DNA of 64,000 nt from Schizochytrium sp. TIO01 (taxonomy: Eukaryota > Protista > Bigyra: Labyrinthulomycetes), in the NCBI GenBank assembly GCA_004764695.1, contig SMSO01000014.1, forward strand, positions 2,971,648-3,035,647, in the 5' to 3' direction. Shown in pieces: positions 1 to 12,550 of this stretch (positions are counted from its first letter, which is position 1; each line of letters starts with the position of its first letter). The notes below the pieces were generated by a model, which saw nothing but the letters and a program-made list of their open reading frames with translations, had not been told where the DNA came from and made no database searches. The position numbers and the translations under genes are program-made.

Positions 1-249
1 GCGAAACTCATTGTATCGCCGCTGTAGCTCCCATGCAACATCTCCTGACCGGAGCCGCACGATGTAAACGACAAACTTCGCACCAGATTTGTCTCTGACT
101 ACTCTGTAATCAGGGATATTAAGAGACTGAACATTTTCCAGAAGGCTATCCTTCCGCAAGTCTACATTGTTGAGTTGCTCCGTGAGCGTAAACATTTGCT
201 TAGGATCTCTGTGTTTGATATAATCCACGCTTTCGTGGACACGCTTCAT
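1..249 (-). CDS. PX (Phox homology) domain protein, 5' part only; runs off the left edge
   Basis: Not in the ORF track because there is no stop in the window. Manual translation from ATG 249 gives MKRVHESVDYIKHRDPKQMFTLTEQLNNVDLRKDSLLENVQSLNIPDYRVVRDKSGAKFVVYIVRLRSGDVAWELQRRYNEFR, with the PX pattern IP...FVVYxV...WxxxRRYxEF. Confidence 0.8.
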   Translation of the reverse strand, partial: MKRVHESVDYIKHRDPKQMFTLTEQLNNVDLRKDSLLENVQSLNIPDYRVVRDKSGAKFVVYIVRLRSGDVAWELQRRYNEFR

Positions 250-2367
250 ATCTCAAACACGTCGCAGACTGCTCACAAAAGTAACAGACGTCGCAAACTT
301 TCTTCTATATATAGTTTGCAGCTTCTAAAATGGGCCTTTATTCAGTTTGCTTATATGACTTGAAGAATCACTTTCAACGAAGCAGCTTGAAGAAGCTTGG
401 ACAGAAAGGTTTGGTCGCAAATCCAATATCCCAATCAGCAAAAATGTCAAAAGCCAATTATCAAATCAAATTGTCAGATCAGAATACTCTCCACGCCTGA
501 GCAACTAGCACTCGGAAACTAAAGGCGTCCACGTTCGTGACAAACCTCAAGTCCTTCGTTTAGTAGCACACAAGTAGAGACCAGAGTAAACTAGAGTTTA
601 GCACAAAACTAAGCCCAGCAGTGACGGTGTTGAGATTAAAGGGATTGCACGCGAAATCTTGCTCACGACAAGAGGACAGGAGCGACCCGACCTGAGCTAT
701 GCCAAGCCAGGGCGGCCTAGCTGACTCTATTCAGGTCCCTCGTCCTCAGAGGAGGGTATCGTGGCCGGACCAGACTCGCTGCGTGCGCGCGCGCGAGGCT
801 GCTGCTGCCAATCGGGGTCTGCGGAGTTTGTCTCAGCAGAAGAAGCGACCAGAAGTGAGAAAGAAAGAAATAAAGTAAGAAAGAAAAAACTATAACTCCA
901 ATGAAAACTCGACCACATCCCAATCATGGATACCTTCTTACGCGACTTGATGTATTGTTCATTTATAACGCACAATATATGACTCTCATTCTTTTGTTTA
1001 TAGGTAGCAAAGGAAACACATTCCATCTCCGATTATTAGTTTCTTTGAGCGCTCGCTCTAGAAATCAGAAACTCGCGAAAGGGCGGCGCGCAGGGCGGTT
1101 CAAGGATATGGCGAGGGAGTAAAGCTCAAGCGAAGGGTGCCACACGATCTCACTGTGGCAAATGTGGAGTTTGAGCAGGGAAGACAGGTGCGTCCAGGAG
1201 AAAGACAGGCGGCAAGCTACGATTTCCGGATGTGGTCGAGACTTTTTTAGCTCTCTGTTTTCTTGGAACACTTCTTCTTTCTTCTTTCTATCTGTAAGAA
1301 ATGACTTTCACTTTCGAAGTCACTTTTTCTTTCTCCTCTTTCCATGTAAATCCTCTTCGACCTTTTAGTTTTCCTTCCCTTCTCACAACCTCATATTACG
1401 ACTTGTATCATCCTCAAAATTGCACTTTATATCTCCATCTTCCTTCACATATTGGTAGTTGAGTCCCCCCAGTGATAGTTGCCCCATTTTGGAGGAGAAT
1501 ATAGAAGTCTGTCCCTTAGCACGCGCGGGAACTGTATTAGGTCACCACACTGGCCTTTTCAGAGGTAGTGCTAGTAAGAGACGGACGCGTCTTTATCGCC
1601 TCAGTGTCGTTCCTCACATAACGATAGCCAGGCGCACACTATCTCCTCTGGCTCCACAGAAGGTTTTTTTTTCTTCTTTTTTTTTCCACCTTGTGATGTG
1701 AGTTTTCCAGTTTTCTACAAGATTGATTATAAAAAAAAAGTAGTAATAAAAATAATAATAAGTAAATCAGTGAATGATGATTCCAAATCGACTTTCTTCC
1801 TTTCTTTGTCCTTCTCTCTCACTCATTTCATTTCCCCATTCTCATCCATTCTCTCTTAAGAAAGAAAGAAAGAAAGAAAGATACTGCGAAAACGTGGAAT
1901 TCTTTCATTCTTTCATTCTTTCATTCTTTCATTCTTTCATTCTTTCATGTGATGCTGCGGCGCAAAGAGAGATACAGAGTAGAGATAATACAGAGATACT
2001 GACAGCCACCCTGTCATTCGACCTGACAAGCTTCGACGCGGCCTCTGTCTTCGGCCTCCACGTCCTCTACTCCTCCCAATAACGAGTTCGCCCTTCGGCC
2101 TTCGCGTGAACTGAGGTCCGTGCGTAGTCTCCACGAGACCGCCCTCTCTCGTGCCACTTCAATGCCACACGCGCATCACATCTGGCGCCGGCTAGCCCCT
2201 CCTAGTGTTAAAGGTAGGGGCGCCATGGCATTCTTCTGCGAAAGAAAATCGCTTTTCAGGTATTCATTCATTCATTCATTCGTTCGTTCGTTCGTATGCA
2301 TAGGAAGAGGAGTCACTTCTACGAAGACTTGGACAGAAAGCAGAAGAAGATGACCAAACGATTATCA

Positions 2368-2490
2368 CTCAGTCAGTCAGTCAGTCAGTCAGTCAGGCAA
2401 AAACATACACGCCTGAAGACACGGCGCAAAGAGAGGAAAAGAAAGATTGCGCCGCGTTGAATGAATGAATGAATGAATGAAGAATGAATG
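2368..2490. repeat. (TCAG)n and (TGAA)n tetranucleotide microsatellites
   Basis: Visible tandem runs at about 2368-2396 and 2458-2490. Confidence 0.9.
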
Positions 2491-3138
2491 AGTTATTTAT
2501 TATTTATTATTTATTCTTTCGTTTTTTTTGTCCTTGAAAAGGTGATTGAAGAAATAATCGAAGAAGTTGAAAGCGCTTTCTTTGGCAAAGCGATCGAGCT
2601 GAAAACAGGTGATCCTTTCCCTCCTTATCCCTCTTGCGAATCCCTTTATTTCACTTTACGAGTTTATCACACATGTGCTTTTTACATCTACGTTTACATT
2701 TACATTTATCTTCAAGCTTAAGTAAAGGTGTTTTTCACTCCAGTTGTTTCTATAAAATTAATTAAAATCATGTTAAAGGACTTTAATAATTTGGAAAAGA
2801 ATCAGAGCACTCCTCTCACTGTGCGATACTTACCGGACCAGGGGTGATATAATTAGGGGAAGGTGGGAGGCTTGAGGCAAGGGCGCGTGTTTGCCACAAG
2901 ACCGGGAGAATCAACGCTTGTTGGGTTTGTATTTATATCTGCGGTGCAAAGAGCGGGGCCAGTCAATGGGTGGTCTCTGTTTAAGTTTTGCTTTGCTTTC
3001 TTTCTTCTTTGCTTTGCTCTTGTTTTACTTTTGCTTTTGCTTTTGCTTTGTTTTGCTTTGCTTTGCTTTCGTTGAAAGAATCTCTCAGAGAATGAAAAGT
3101 TTGTCGAAGACAGAAAGAGATTGTCCACCATAAACGGC

Positions 3139-3175
3139 ACAGCAGAGCAGAGCAGAGCAGAGCAGAGCAGCGCAG
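3139..3175. repeat. (GCAGA)n pentanucleotide microsatellite
   Basis: Tandem agcag units. A degenerate (TTTGC)n run lies nearby at about 3026-3068. Confidence 0.85.
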
Positions 3176-3410
3176 AACTGAGGTTCTCTCTTCCGTGGCA
3201 GGAAAGCTAAATCGCAGGCGATTGGTCGATCGACTGATCCGCTGATTGGTTGGTGCTTTGATTCATTGAGTCATTCATTGATCCATCGATGATTCACTCT
3301 CATGGCCAATTGACTCACTCATCAAGAGCATCGAGTGATCAATCAATGAATGCATTGTGATGAATAAATAAATACCGCTTTCGACGATTTTGAATGAAGT
3401 TTGCTTTCAT

Positions 3411-3567
<157 letters not shown>

Positions 3568-3875
3568 TCCTTCTAATAGAAATCTTCTACAATCACTCTC
3601 ATTTAAGTGCTAAAGAGAGAGAGAGAGAACGATAGGCATTGAGAAGAAGGAGAAGAAACAAGCCCACGACTACGAGCCGCTGGGAAGGAGGCGAGCGGCG
3701 ATACCCCGTGTCCTCCGCCTGGAGCAGCGCATGGCGGCGTACGCGGGGTGCGGCGGAGGCTGCTGCCTGGCGGCCAGCCAGCCCTCCTTGGGGTCCGCAG
3801 CGGTGGAAGAGCACATCATCGCCACCTCCGTCATCATCGCAGGCTTTTCGTCACCTGCCGCTTTTGCTTTCTCTG

Positions 3876-4121
<246 letters not shown>

Positions 4122-7100
4122 CTGCTTTCTTTGTTCCTCTTTTTGCTGTGTTACTTTCTTTGAAGCACTACATAGTAAGTATCTATAGCATGCTGGTAGC
4201 AGTCCTACTGCTACTGCTACGGCGGCATTGCTTTTCTTTTCGGGAGTCTTTTCTTCGCCCTGTGAAGAAGTGCTAAAACTATCCGTGCGGTGAAGGAATG
4301 AATGTGAATGCGCGTTCCTACCGTTCGTAGCTTTCACTGCATTGCAAGAATGACAGCAACAACAGCAGCAATATCAACAATATCAGCAACAGCAGCAATA
4401 TCAGCAATAATATAATCAACAACAATATCCATCACCAACAACAATAATTGCAACACGGGTTATCGTCATTAGAAATAACTAATAACAAGAACAATGTTTT
4501 AATTTATTATCATTATTCTTATTAAAAAAAACAAATTATTTACACTTAAAACTTGATTAATGGCAATACCAACAACAACAACAACAATAATAAGAGATAA
4601 AAGGTTAAATTGGAATAATAAGTCACAAGCTATGAAAACATAAGAATGCGCTACGCATCGACGAGGGTGCGTGCTGATGCTGCTGCTGCTTGCGTGCTTC
4701 TCGTGGAGCTCTGCGGCTGTGCTGGCGAAGGGCCACATGCACTGCACAGCGTGGTGCGTAGTGCCTGCCTGCCTGAGGAGTCCGTCCACACGACCTCCAA
4801 GGGCCTCGAGCCGGAGGCAGTGCCCTCGAGACCATCGCAATCTGGTGATTAGTTTTCTCATCATTCTGCCACTTTTCTAGTTAGTTGGGTTCTCACTAAC
4901 TAACACTACGCCTAAGCCCCCCTTAGCGGGCACACCGTCGCCTAGGGAATAGCTAAGACCTCCTAGGACACTGCTAATAGGGGTGATGAGAGGAAAAGAA
5001 AGAGGCGCCGAAGAGCTGCGAAATTCACGATTGAAGTGAACCTTCATGCATGTAGAAAACCGCCTCTGGAGGCGTAGCGCGTGGCGATTGATGGCTTGGC
5101 CGGTGGGTACGGTTGTACTGATGCACCGCCCGCTTTCTGAAGGCCCTCTGCAGCTCATGAGCGAGGGAGGTTCTGGCGTTTCGAAGGGACATTGGATAAT
5201 ATTTCATGCATTGTAACAGGCACCGGGTCCTATGTGGTGCATAGGTAAGTCCTAGAGGTAAGAAAGAATGCAATCATTCGGCACTTTGCGCATTGCATGA
5301 GAAAGAGCAGAATTGAGCAGCACGAGTTCGTGAGAACTCTGCATGCACTCTACTCTACTCTAGTTCTGCTGGAGTGCAAGGCAGAGATAGCGCGCTGGCC
5401 TTGCACGAACCTGTGGACGGCAGCAACCTGCGCACAGGAAAGATCTCCTTGCCGCGGCCAGCGCAAAGATCTTGCCTCAAAGCTGGAGTGATGAACTGCT
5501 GTTCCACAGTTCTTGAAGCCGTCATCGAGCAGCCCAATTACACGGCCAAGGATGGGCGCAGGCAACTCCGCAGTTCTGGCGTTTTACCAGTACTTGATGA
5601 GTTTCTTTTGCTTATGGTGGCAGTGGTCTATTTGTTTGGAGTGGTGGCAAGCCTGGGTTCATTGCAAACCTGGGTTCTCGCCTCTGTCTTTTGATTAGGT
5701 TAGCTAGTTCGTGGGCTTCGGTTGGCCTACGTAATAATGTCAGAGTTTTGCTGGCGAGTTCAGGATGTTGGGAGGATCCTCTGTGCTCTCCTGTGGTGGA
5801 CTTCTGCCCCTGTAAATATATATATATGACTGACTGATGAAAGAACTCGTTCAAGTTAAGGATGCCGCCTCGAAAGTAGGTTTAAGTTGCATCGTGTGCA
5901 AAGGATGTGATCTTCTGCCATGGGAGCGACGATAGTTTGTTTATTCCAGGTACACACTGTTGCAGCATTTCGACCCTCTTGAAAGACAAAAATCACGAAT
6001 CAGATGAGTCAAATATGGAGAAAATTGGATGACTTGAACATCCTCTAGTCCTACATATTTTCTTAAATTTAACTTTAATTAAGAGTTGCTTATACTTTTC
6101 AAGATAGAGGTATAGATTTTAATTTTAAAGTATAGATTTTTTTTTATAAAATAAAATAAAAAATTATAAAATATAAAATGAAGCCGAATAAAATGAGATG
6201 TAAAAAGCAAAATAGAAAAAGTGAAACAGAATAGAGTAAAATAGAGGACCTAAATCCTCAGGCTCGGACGCAAAACGTTTTAGCTTAAGCAGGTACTGCA
6301 CTGTCAACGCTGACAAATATCTCTGTGTGCGCTGGATGAAAGAGATTGAAGCGAGTCCTTTGTCAAAACTACGTTCACTCCTCAAAGCCACCGAACAAAC
6401 AGAACCTGTATATGTATATTTTATATATTTTTTTAATTTAAATTAAAATTATACTTTTATTATTTAATAAATATATATATAATAAAACTATTCGATTTTT
6501 ATTGATTGTTTTCTTAATGATTCTTCACCACTGCCTGGAATGGATCCCATGATAAGAGCGCAAGAATTGCAATAGACATCTCCAGAGCTGGAGCAGCAGT
6601 GCTTACGCAGTGTACAGAGGACAGTGATCGGCACTTCGCGCCATAAATTCATGATCCCTAAACTTAGGTTTCCGTTCTGACTGTCAGAGTTCGCAGGTCT
6701 GTGGCAAGTATTTCACCCAAATCAGACAGATTCGTAGGGTATCTGCCACCTTGAAATTCTTTCTTGTTTGGCCCATAGGAAGGAATGAAGGAATGAATTC
6801 ATTGGTGACTCCGAAAACTTGGAGCTCCAGTTGTCCATCGTCCAAGCAAGAGCTTACGAGAGACGGCATAGACTACGAAATTGAGGACATCCAAGATCCT
6901 GCTGTTGCCAGTTTCGCTCGTCTAAATGGCGTCCATTGTTGGTTGGTCCCAGAGCTCGGGGTCTCTCCCGCTGGTCGGCTCCGTAGCCAGCGCGAGGTCC
7001 AACGTTGTATACATCTTTCTCAAGTTTTGTTGCAAGAGCGAGCAATGAATAACCTAAGTTGTCCATGTGTAGATGTTGACAGATTCCTACAAACTAACCT

Positions 7101-7840
7101 AACGGAGGCGGAGTACTCCACTTTGGTTTGACTTCGTGGCAATGGCTTTTCAAGGCATTCGCAGAACCAGCCATCTTCTGCCTGGTATGTCCTTCTTCGC
7201 CTCAAGGCATTGCATTGCATTGCATTGCATTGCATAGCGTCTGCGGAATCGCGGCAGCAATCGTCGTGTGTCGGAATTTGGAGAGGCTAAATCGAAGCAT
7301 GGAGCGTAGCAGCGCTTTGGTGGTAGAAAGCCGTCACCAATCACTCACGCAGTGGGCTGGTCGTACCAAGATCGACCATACGTACGTACGCTCGCCGCAA
7401 ACCAGTGATGATCGATCAGATCATCCATAAGCCAAATAAATGTTGGTAGAAGACAGCGTGGCCATTGCAGTACATTAGTTCCATCGGACGAAATGGGCCC
7501 TCAAAGCCGACGAATGACTGGCGCTCGGTCAGGTGAAATGCTCGGCTGGCTGGGAACTCGGTGGACCGCGGGATCCTCGATCTCGAATTCCTCGAGAACC
7601 AGGATCGAGGCGGTGGCAGGCCGGATGAACGAACAGCAACGCATGAATGGGTGTCAGATGGCGATCATCTGGCGCAGGTTACTAACAGGTCAAACAAGAG
7701 TGGAAGGTGACCAGACGATTCTTCGAGCATGGTTATGAATGCAAGCGTGTGATGGTTCCTAGAAACCGGAGCATCGCCGTGCTCTCTAAATCAGTGCTGA
7801 GCGCGAAGGTGGGTAGGTATAAATCTATTTGTCTATCCAC

Positions 7841-7842
<2 letters not shown>

Positions 7843-7871
<29 letters not shown>
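7843..7871. repeat. (TCTA)n microsatellite
   Basis: Visible tandem run. A (TTGCA)n run lies at about 7208-7235. Confidence 0.9.
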
Positions 7872-10863
7872 CTTGAAGCTTGGAGCGATTTGGGCGCAAA
7901 AAGAATTCGTAGGTACCTGACTCTGTACCAGGATGCGTTGAGCTATTAGCCTTTTCCGAATGATGGCGAGAAGCAGTGGATTGGAGTCAAGTCGCGTGTG
8001 CCTCGATCTGGCTTGGATAGAGACGGGCTGAAGTTTTCTTGATAGTTAAATGTAGCCCCTTTCACAGTGCAAAGAATGCAATAAGCGTAACTCATGACTA
8101 CTCTACTCTTTGACAGAGCTGTTTCTGCTTGGCATTGCTGTCTCGAAGGGTTTAGATACATCTTTCAGAAGCGGCCTTGCAATACTCATAAACCGCATGC
8201 AGTAATCTTTGGTACCTGCAGGTGCAAGCTCGCGCAGTGCACTTCTCTCTGCTCACTGTTCTCGTCAGGAATTTCATTTGATTGAAAATGTGATTGTTAC
8301 ACCGCACGGCTATAGACAGACCATTGTGGCAGCAAGTCAACCAAGCAATCACTTCCGTGCTCACCAATGGTAATTACTTTCCGGTGCCTTCGCCAATGCA
8401 AATCAAAGGGTCTTATAATGAATGTGGGCTTAATAAGCGTCTGACCCTTTGTGCAACTGAGTTGCCTCGCCGTGTGTACTGTACGCTTCTCGCGCGCGCC
8501 ATAGCTTTCCAAGAAAGAAAGTCTAAATTGTAGTGTATACTACAACAGCGCAAACTCATGTAAAAGGCTTTGAAAACTCGAGCGAAAACAAAGATCAAAC
8601 ACCAACAACAATGGCAAAGTTTTGTATGTCGGACCTCAATCCGAAGCTGCAATTTTCATGAGGGGCTAGTTGCAAGAAAGAAAGCTTTAATTAATTTTTA
8701 AAAGTATTAAAATAAATTCAAGTTGAATAATACATAAGATATTGGAGAACGAGTCAGTCGTCTAAGCTTATTCGCAGGCATGCGCTACTTTTAATATATA
8801 TATAATTCAAAGACCACATGGCGACCACGTGCCTTTTAATTTTGCCTTAAAGTTCCGTTGGTCAATATAGACAGCTCCGTAGTAGTCTTGGATTCTACTT
8901 AGATGTCTACCTACGCATGCCTTAAGAATTTGTTTTAGTTAGCTTAGTTTTTTGGCAAGAATTCTGTTAGACTGTGCGTTTGGGGTGCCAAGCATCAAGC
9001 TAGATACCACCACGCAACACAAAGATAGCTTTTATAACTTTTATTCCGGACCCTAGCCTACCTATCCCTAGCCTTTCTCAAACTGCCAGTACCTAGCCAC
9101 TTTGTTTACTTATTTTGTTTCTTTGTTTCATGCTTTCAAGATTACAAAATACAAACAAAAAAACAAACATTATGTCGAGCAAGGACATAAATTCAACTCC
9201 AGTTTCCAGCAACTCATTAGCAATGCCTAGCTAGGCGAAGCTTCCAGCAGCCTTGCTCTGATATCTCCGACCAGGCTCGTTTCTATACAACTCTTATAGC
9301 GGCAAATACCATAATGTAGTTAAACTTTATGCAATCGCTTACAAAGCGGAGAGCCCCTTACTTGGTAGACAGGAGCAACCAATTCCTCTCGAATTGAAAT
9401 TCACTGCTCTGTACTACGTGCTAATACCTTCTACCAAGTGGACCCATATCAAAACGCAAGTTTTCATGCGTTGTTAGAGGTACACGCGCCACTCTGGCCA
9501 AGATCTTCTCGAAAGATGCGCATAAACCAGCTCCATGTAAATCATTACTTAAACAGGAAATTGACACACAAAGACTTGTAGTTATCTGCATCACAGTTCT
9601 TTGCTACGTTCCAGAGCAATTGACGCCACTCTCTTCCGATTCGCAGAACGCTGCTTCCTTGTCCCTTTGTAATGAAAGCTTTTTACAACAGCATTTGCAA
9701 ACAAAGATCTTCCGAGAGCCAAACCGGCCAGGTCCTGGAGCTCTTGATTGCAAAGTAGGATTCGCATGCATGAATAACACCAATCGCATTCGCAGCTGTG
9801 GAATCAACCCCATCATATACTATCAGGCCAAAGCTGTCATATTAGCAGGCCAAGCCGTCGGTCGCATCGACCTTCTTTTGTAGCTAGCATGAAGTAAAAA
9901 CACAGCAACACGGAAACCACAGAAGTTGAAACGCAATGTGCAAACACCGACAGAGGCTCGGCACGGGAAGTGCAGGATGATTCTGAATCAGGCTAGACTT
10001 TCTGTGGCATCTCAGTGAGTGAGTGCTTAATTCAAGGTTTCACCTTTTCCACTTCCGAACACCGCCTCAGAGTCCTAACCCACCCACTTCAAGTCCGAAG
10101 AAGACTTATTGTTGATCATTAAATGCGCTTGCGCAAAACAATTGGACCTCGACTTGAGTCGGTCCCTTTCTTCTCAAAGAAAGAGTGATTTTATGAATGA
10201 TTCTGTCGGTCCCAGGATCATAGGAACAAGAAGAAGAAGAAGATGGTGGTGGCCATCCTAGCTAGAGGCTGAAGAAGGCTGAACGACATCATCGGAAAAA
10301 ATGTAGATGGGTTCATTTCCCCAACCCTCGACTTCGTGCCATCATGAAATGGACTTGGTGGCAAGAAGGGAGCTCAGGCCGTGTCAGTCAAAGAAAACAC
10401 AATGAACGCTGAAGCATTAAGGCCGGCGGCAGAGGGCTCAGGGGGTACTGTAGATGTATATTCACCAAATACTGACTTCTTCTCATGTCTGTAGCATTAT
10501 CTGATTGTCTCTACTCCTTCGAAGTAACCTATCGTACCCCCTGATAGGGTAGTTTGGGAGTCATTCAGCCCTCTTTCTATTTATTAACTATTTATTAGTA
10601 ATAGGGTATTATGCGTTGAAACAAAGGAGTCCACAGAGTACCCCCACATATGCTAGAAATGGGTTCTGCATGATATCCTAGCTTATAGAAGGCTAAAGGG
10701 TCTGCGCAGCGATGGGTGGCGAAGGGGTTATTACAAGCAGTTCTGTGCGCAAGACCTTGATAGAGAGGACATCTGCAGCTTCGCGGAAACTAGACCTGCG
10801 AACAGGCGTCCGGTATTGACAACTTGCTAGTTGCTTCGACAACGTAACGACTGGAAGCAGAAA

Positions 10864-11784
10864 ATGACGGAGCTTGAGTGCAGGGATCTTGCAGCAACTC
10901 GGCAAGCTGAGCAAGAAAGGGCACGCGAGGAGCGTGGAGGTGTGGCTTACACGTTGCTTCACAGGAAAGTTGCAGCTGCAAAGAAAACTGAAGACAATGG
11001 CGAGGCCAAAAACTCTGAAGCTGTGAAGGAAGAGAATGCCGAGGTCGGCGAAGATGAGTCTTTTGAAGCATTTGCGGAGCGCGTGAAGACTGGCGCTCAC
11101 GTCAAAGACCAGTCCCTGACTGAGAGCACTGTTTCCCTTTGGAGCGAATGGATGCTCAATTTGCAGCTCACGTTTCCTGAAGAGAGCATTCAACCTATCT
11201 TTTCTGGAGGATGTTGGGCTGGAACTGTTGTGTGGCCTGCTGCTCTTCTGCTCTGCGAGTACATCCACAAGCATGTCGACGTCAAGGACAAGCGAGTTCT
11301 CGAGCTTGGTAGTGGACTTGGGGTGCCTGGTATGGCATGCCAGCTTATGGGTGCTCGCGAGGTGATCCTTACTGAGCAAGAACCCCTGCCTGACCTTTTG
11401 CGTCGTAATGTGGAGATCAACTTTCCTGAGAAGGAGGGCGATAACAAGACTGCCCGCCCGATTGTGGACACGCTTGACTGGGAAGAGCCTGAGGAGTCGT
11501 CCACAAATGCGCAGGAACCCTTTGATGTGATTCTTATTTCTGACTGTGTTTACCAGGAACTCTATGGTGACTCCTGGCGTGCTTTGGCCGATTGCATTCG
11601 TGCTCTCAGCCGCGCAAACAAGGCTACAATGACTTACAATGCTCTCGAGCGCCGTAGGGCGGATGGTGTTCACGAATTCTTGCAATACTGTACCGAAATT
11701 GGAGTCAAATATAACCGTGTGCTCACGTATGCTGGTCCTGAGAACGAGGATCTCGAGATCTATGAAATGTGGACTGAGGAGTAG
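10864..11784 (+). CDS. Methyltransferase family 16 (METTL21/EEF2KMT-like protein lysine methyltransferase)
   Basis: Motifs GTVVWPAALLLCEYI, motif I RVLELGSGLGVPG, VILTEQ, LDW and FDVILISDCVY. First ATG is at 10864. Confidence 0.88.
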   Translation: MTELECRDLAATRQAEQERAREERGGVAYTLLHRKVAAAKKTEDNGEAKNSEAVKEENAEVGEDESFEAFAERVKTGAHVKDQSLTESTVSLWSEWMLNLQLTFPEESIQPIFSGGCWAGTVVWPAALLLCEYIHKHVDVKDKRVLELGSGLGVPGMACQLMGAREVILTEQEPLPDLLRRNVEINFPEKEGDNKTARPIVDTLDWEEPEESSTNAQEPFDVILISDCVYQELYGDSWRALADCIRALSRANKATMTYNALERRRADGVHEFLQYCTEIGVKYNRVLTYAGPENEDLEIYEMWTEE

Positions 11785-12550
11785 GCAGGAGACGAACTTC
11801 TCGTGTAAACAGCATATTATTTGCGTCACGGCTATTTGAGCATCACCAACGACGACATGTTATAAGCTTGCTTTTATGATCCTCCCTTCTTACTTACTCT
11901 TACTTGCCCTTTCTCTTTCTACTTTTCTTTGACAAGAATTATTGGAACTTTTCGTAGGATCGACTGGAAAGCTATTACGAGGGAGGGAATACAATGAATC
12001 GTAGAGGAAATCTCCTTCATGGACTAATTCAAATCAAGATAAAGAAATGTAACTGTGTTTTCTACTTTGATATATATTCTGGTCTCTGTTTTTTAATCCA
12101 CTCTCACTAGAGAAAAGTTTCAATTTCTTTTGGCCGATTCCTTCTTACCTGTCTTGGTGTATAATGTGACTTTATCTCGTTGCAAACAACTGACAGTTGT
12201 GATACTATTAAGCTCAATTGTTAACTACGAGATATGGATGCTTAACGTGCTTGAATGAAAGAATGAAGCATCAAAAAGGCGTCAGGGTACATTTCCAGGA
12301 CAAAATATGCCTAGTGTTTGTAACATCAAGAATACATCTTAATTACAACAATATAACAACAACATAATTTTATTTGAAAGGACAAAAAAGGCATTAGTAA
12401 TGAATAAAACCAAATCAACTATGAAAGGAAATATTGCTACGTATCCTCAAACTAAGATTAACACGCGTTCTTGAGGAAGAAGAAAAATTTTATGCGAGAA
12501 AAAATGCCAAGAAATCCTCAGTTACTCCTCGCCTGAGTTTTATTGGCAGC

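Noticed and set aside
2826-2870. ATACTTACCGG.. resembling the 5' end of U1 snRNA (similar at ~50497)
   Set aside because: No U1 loop I, loop II (ATTGCAC) or Sm site follows. It is better explained as the reverse complement of a splice donor.
7566-7610. Polylinker-like run of SacII, BamHI, EcoRI and XhoI sites with a short hairpin
   Set aside because: No flanking vector sequence was recognised, and the local TCGA-rich composition can explain it.
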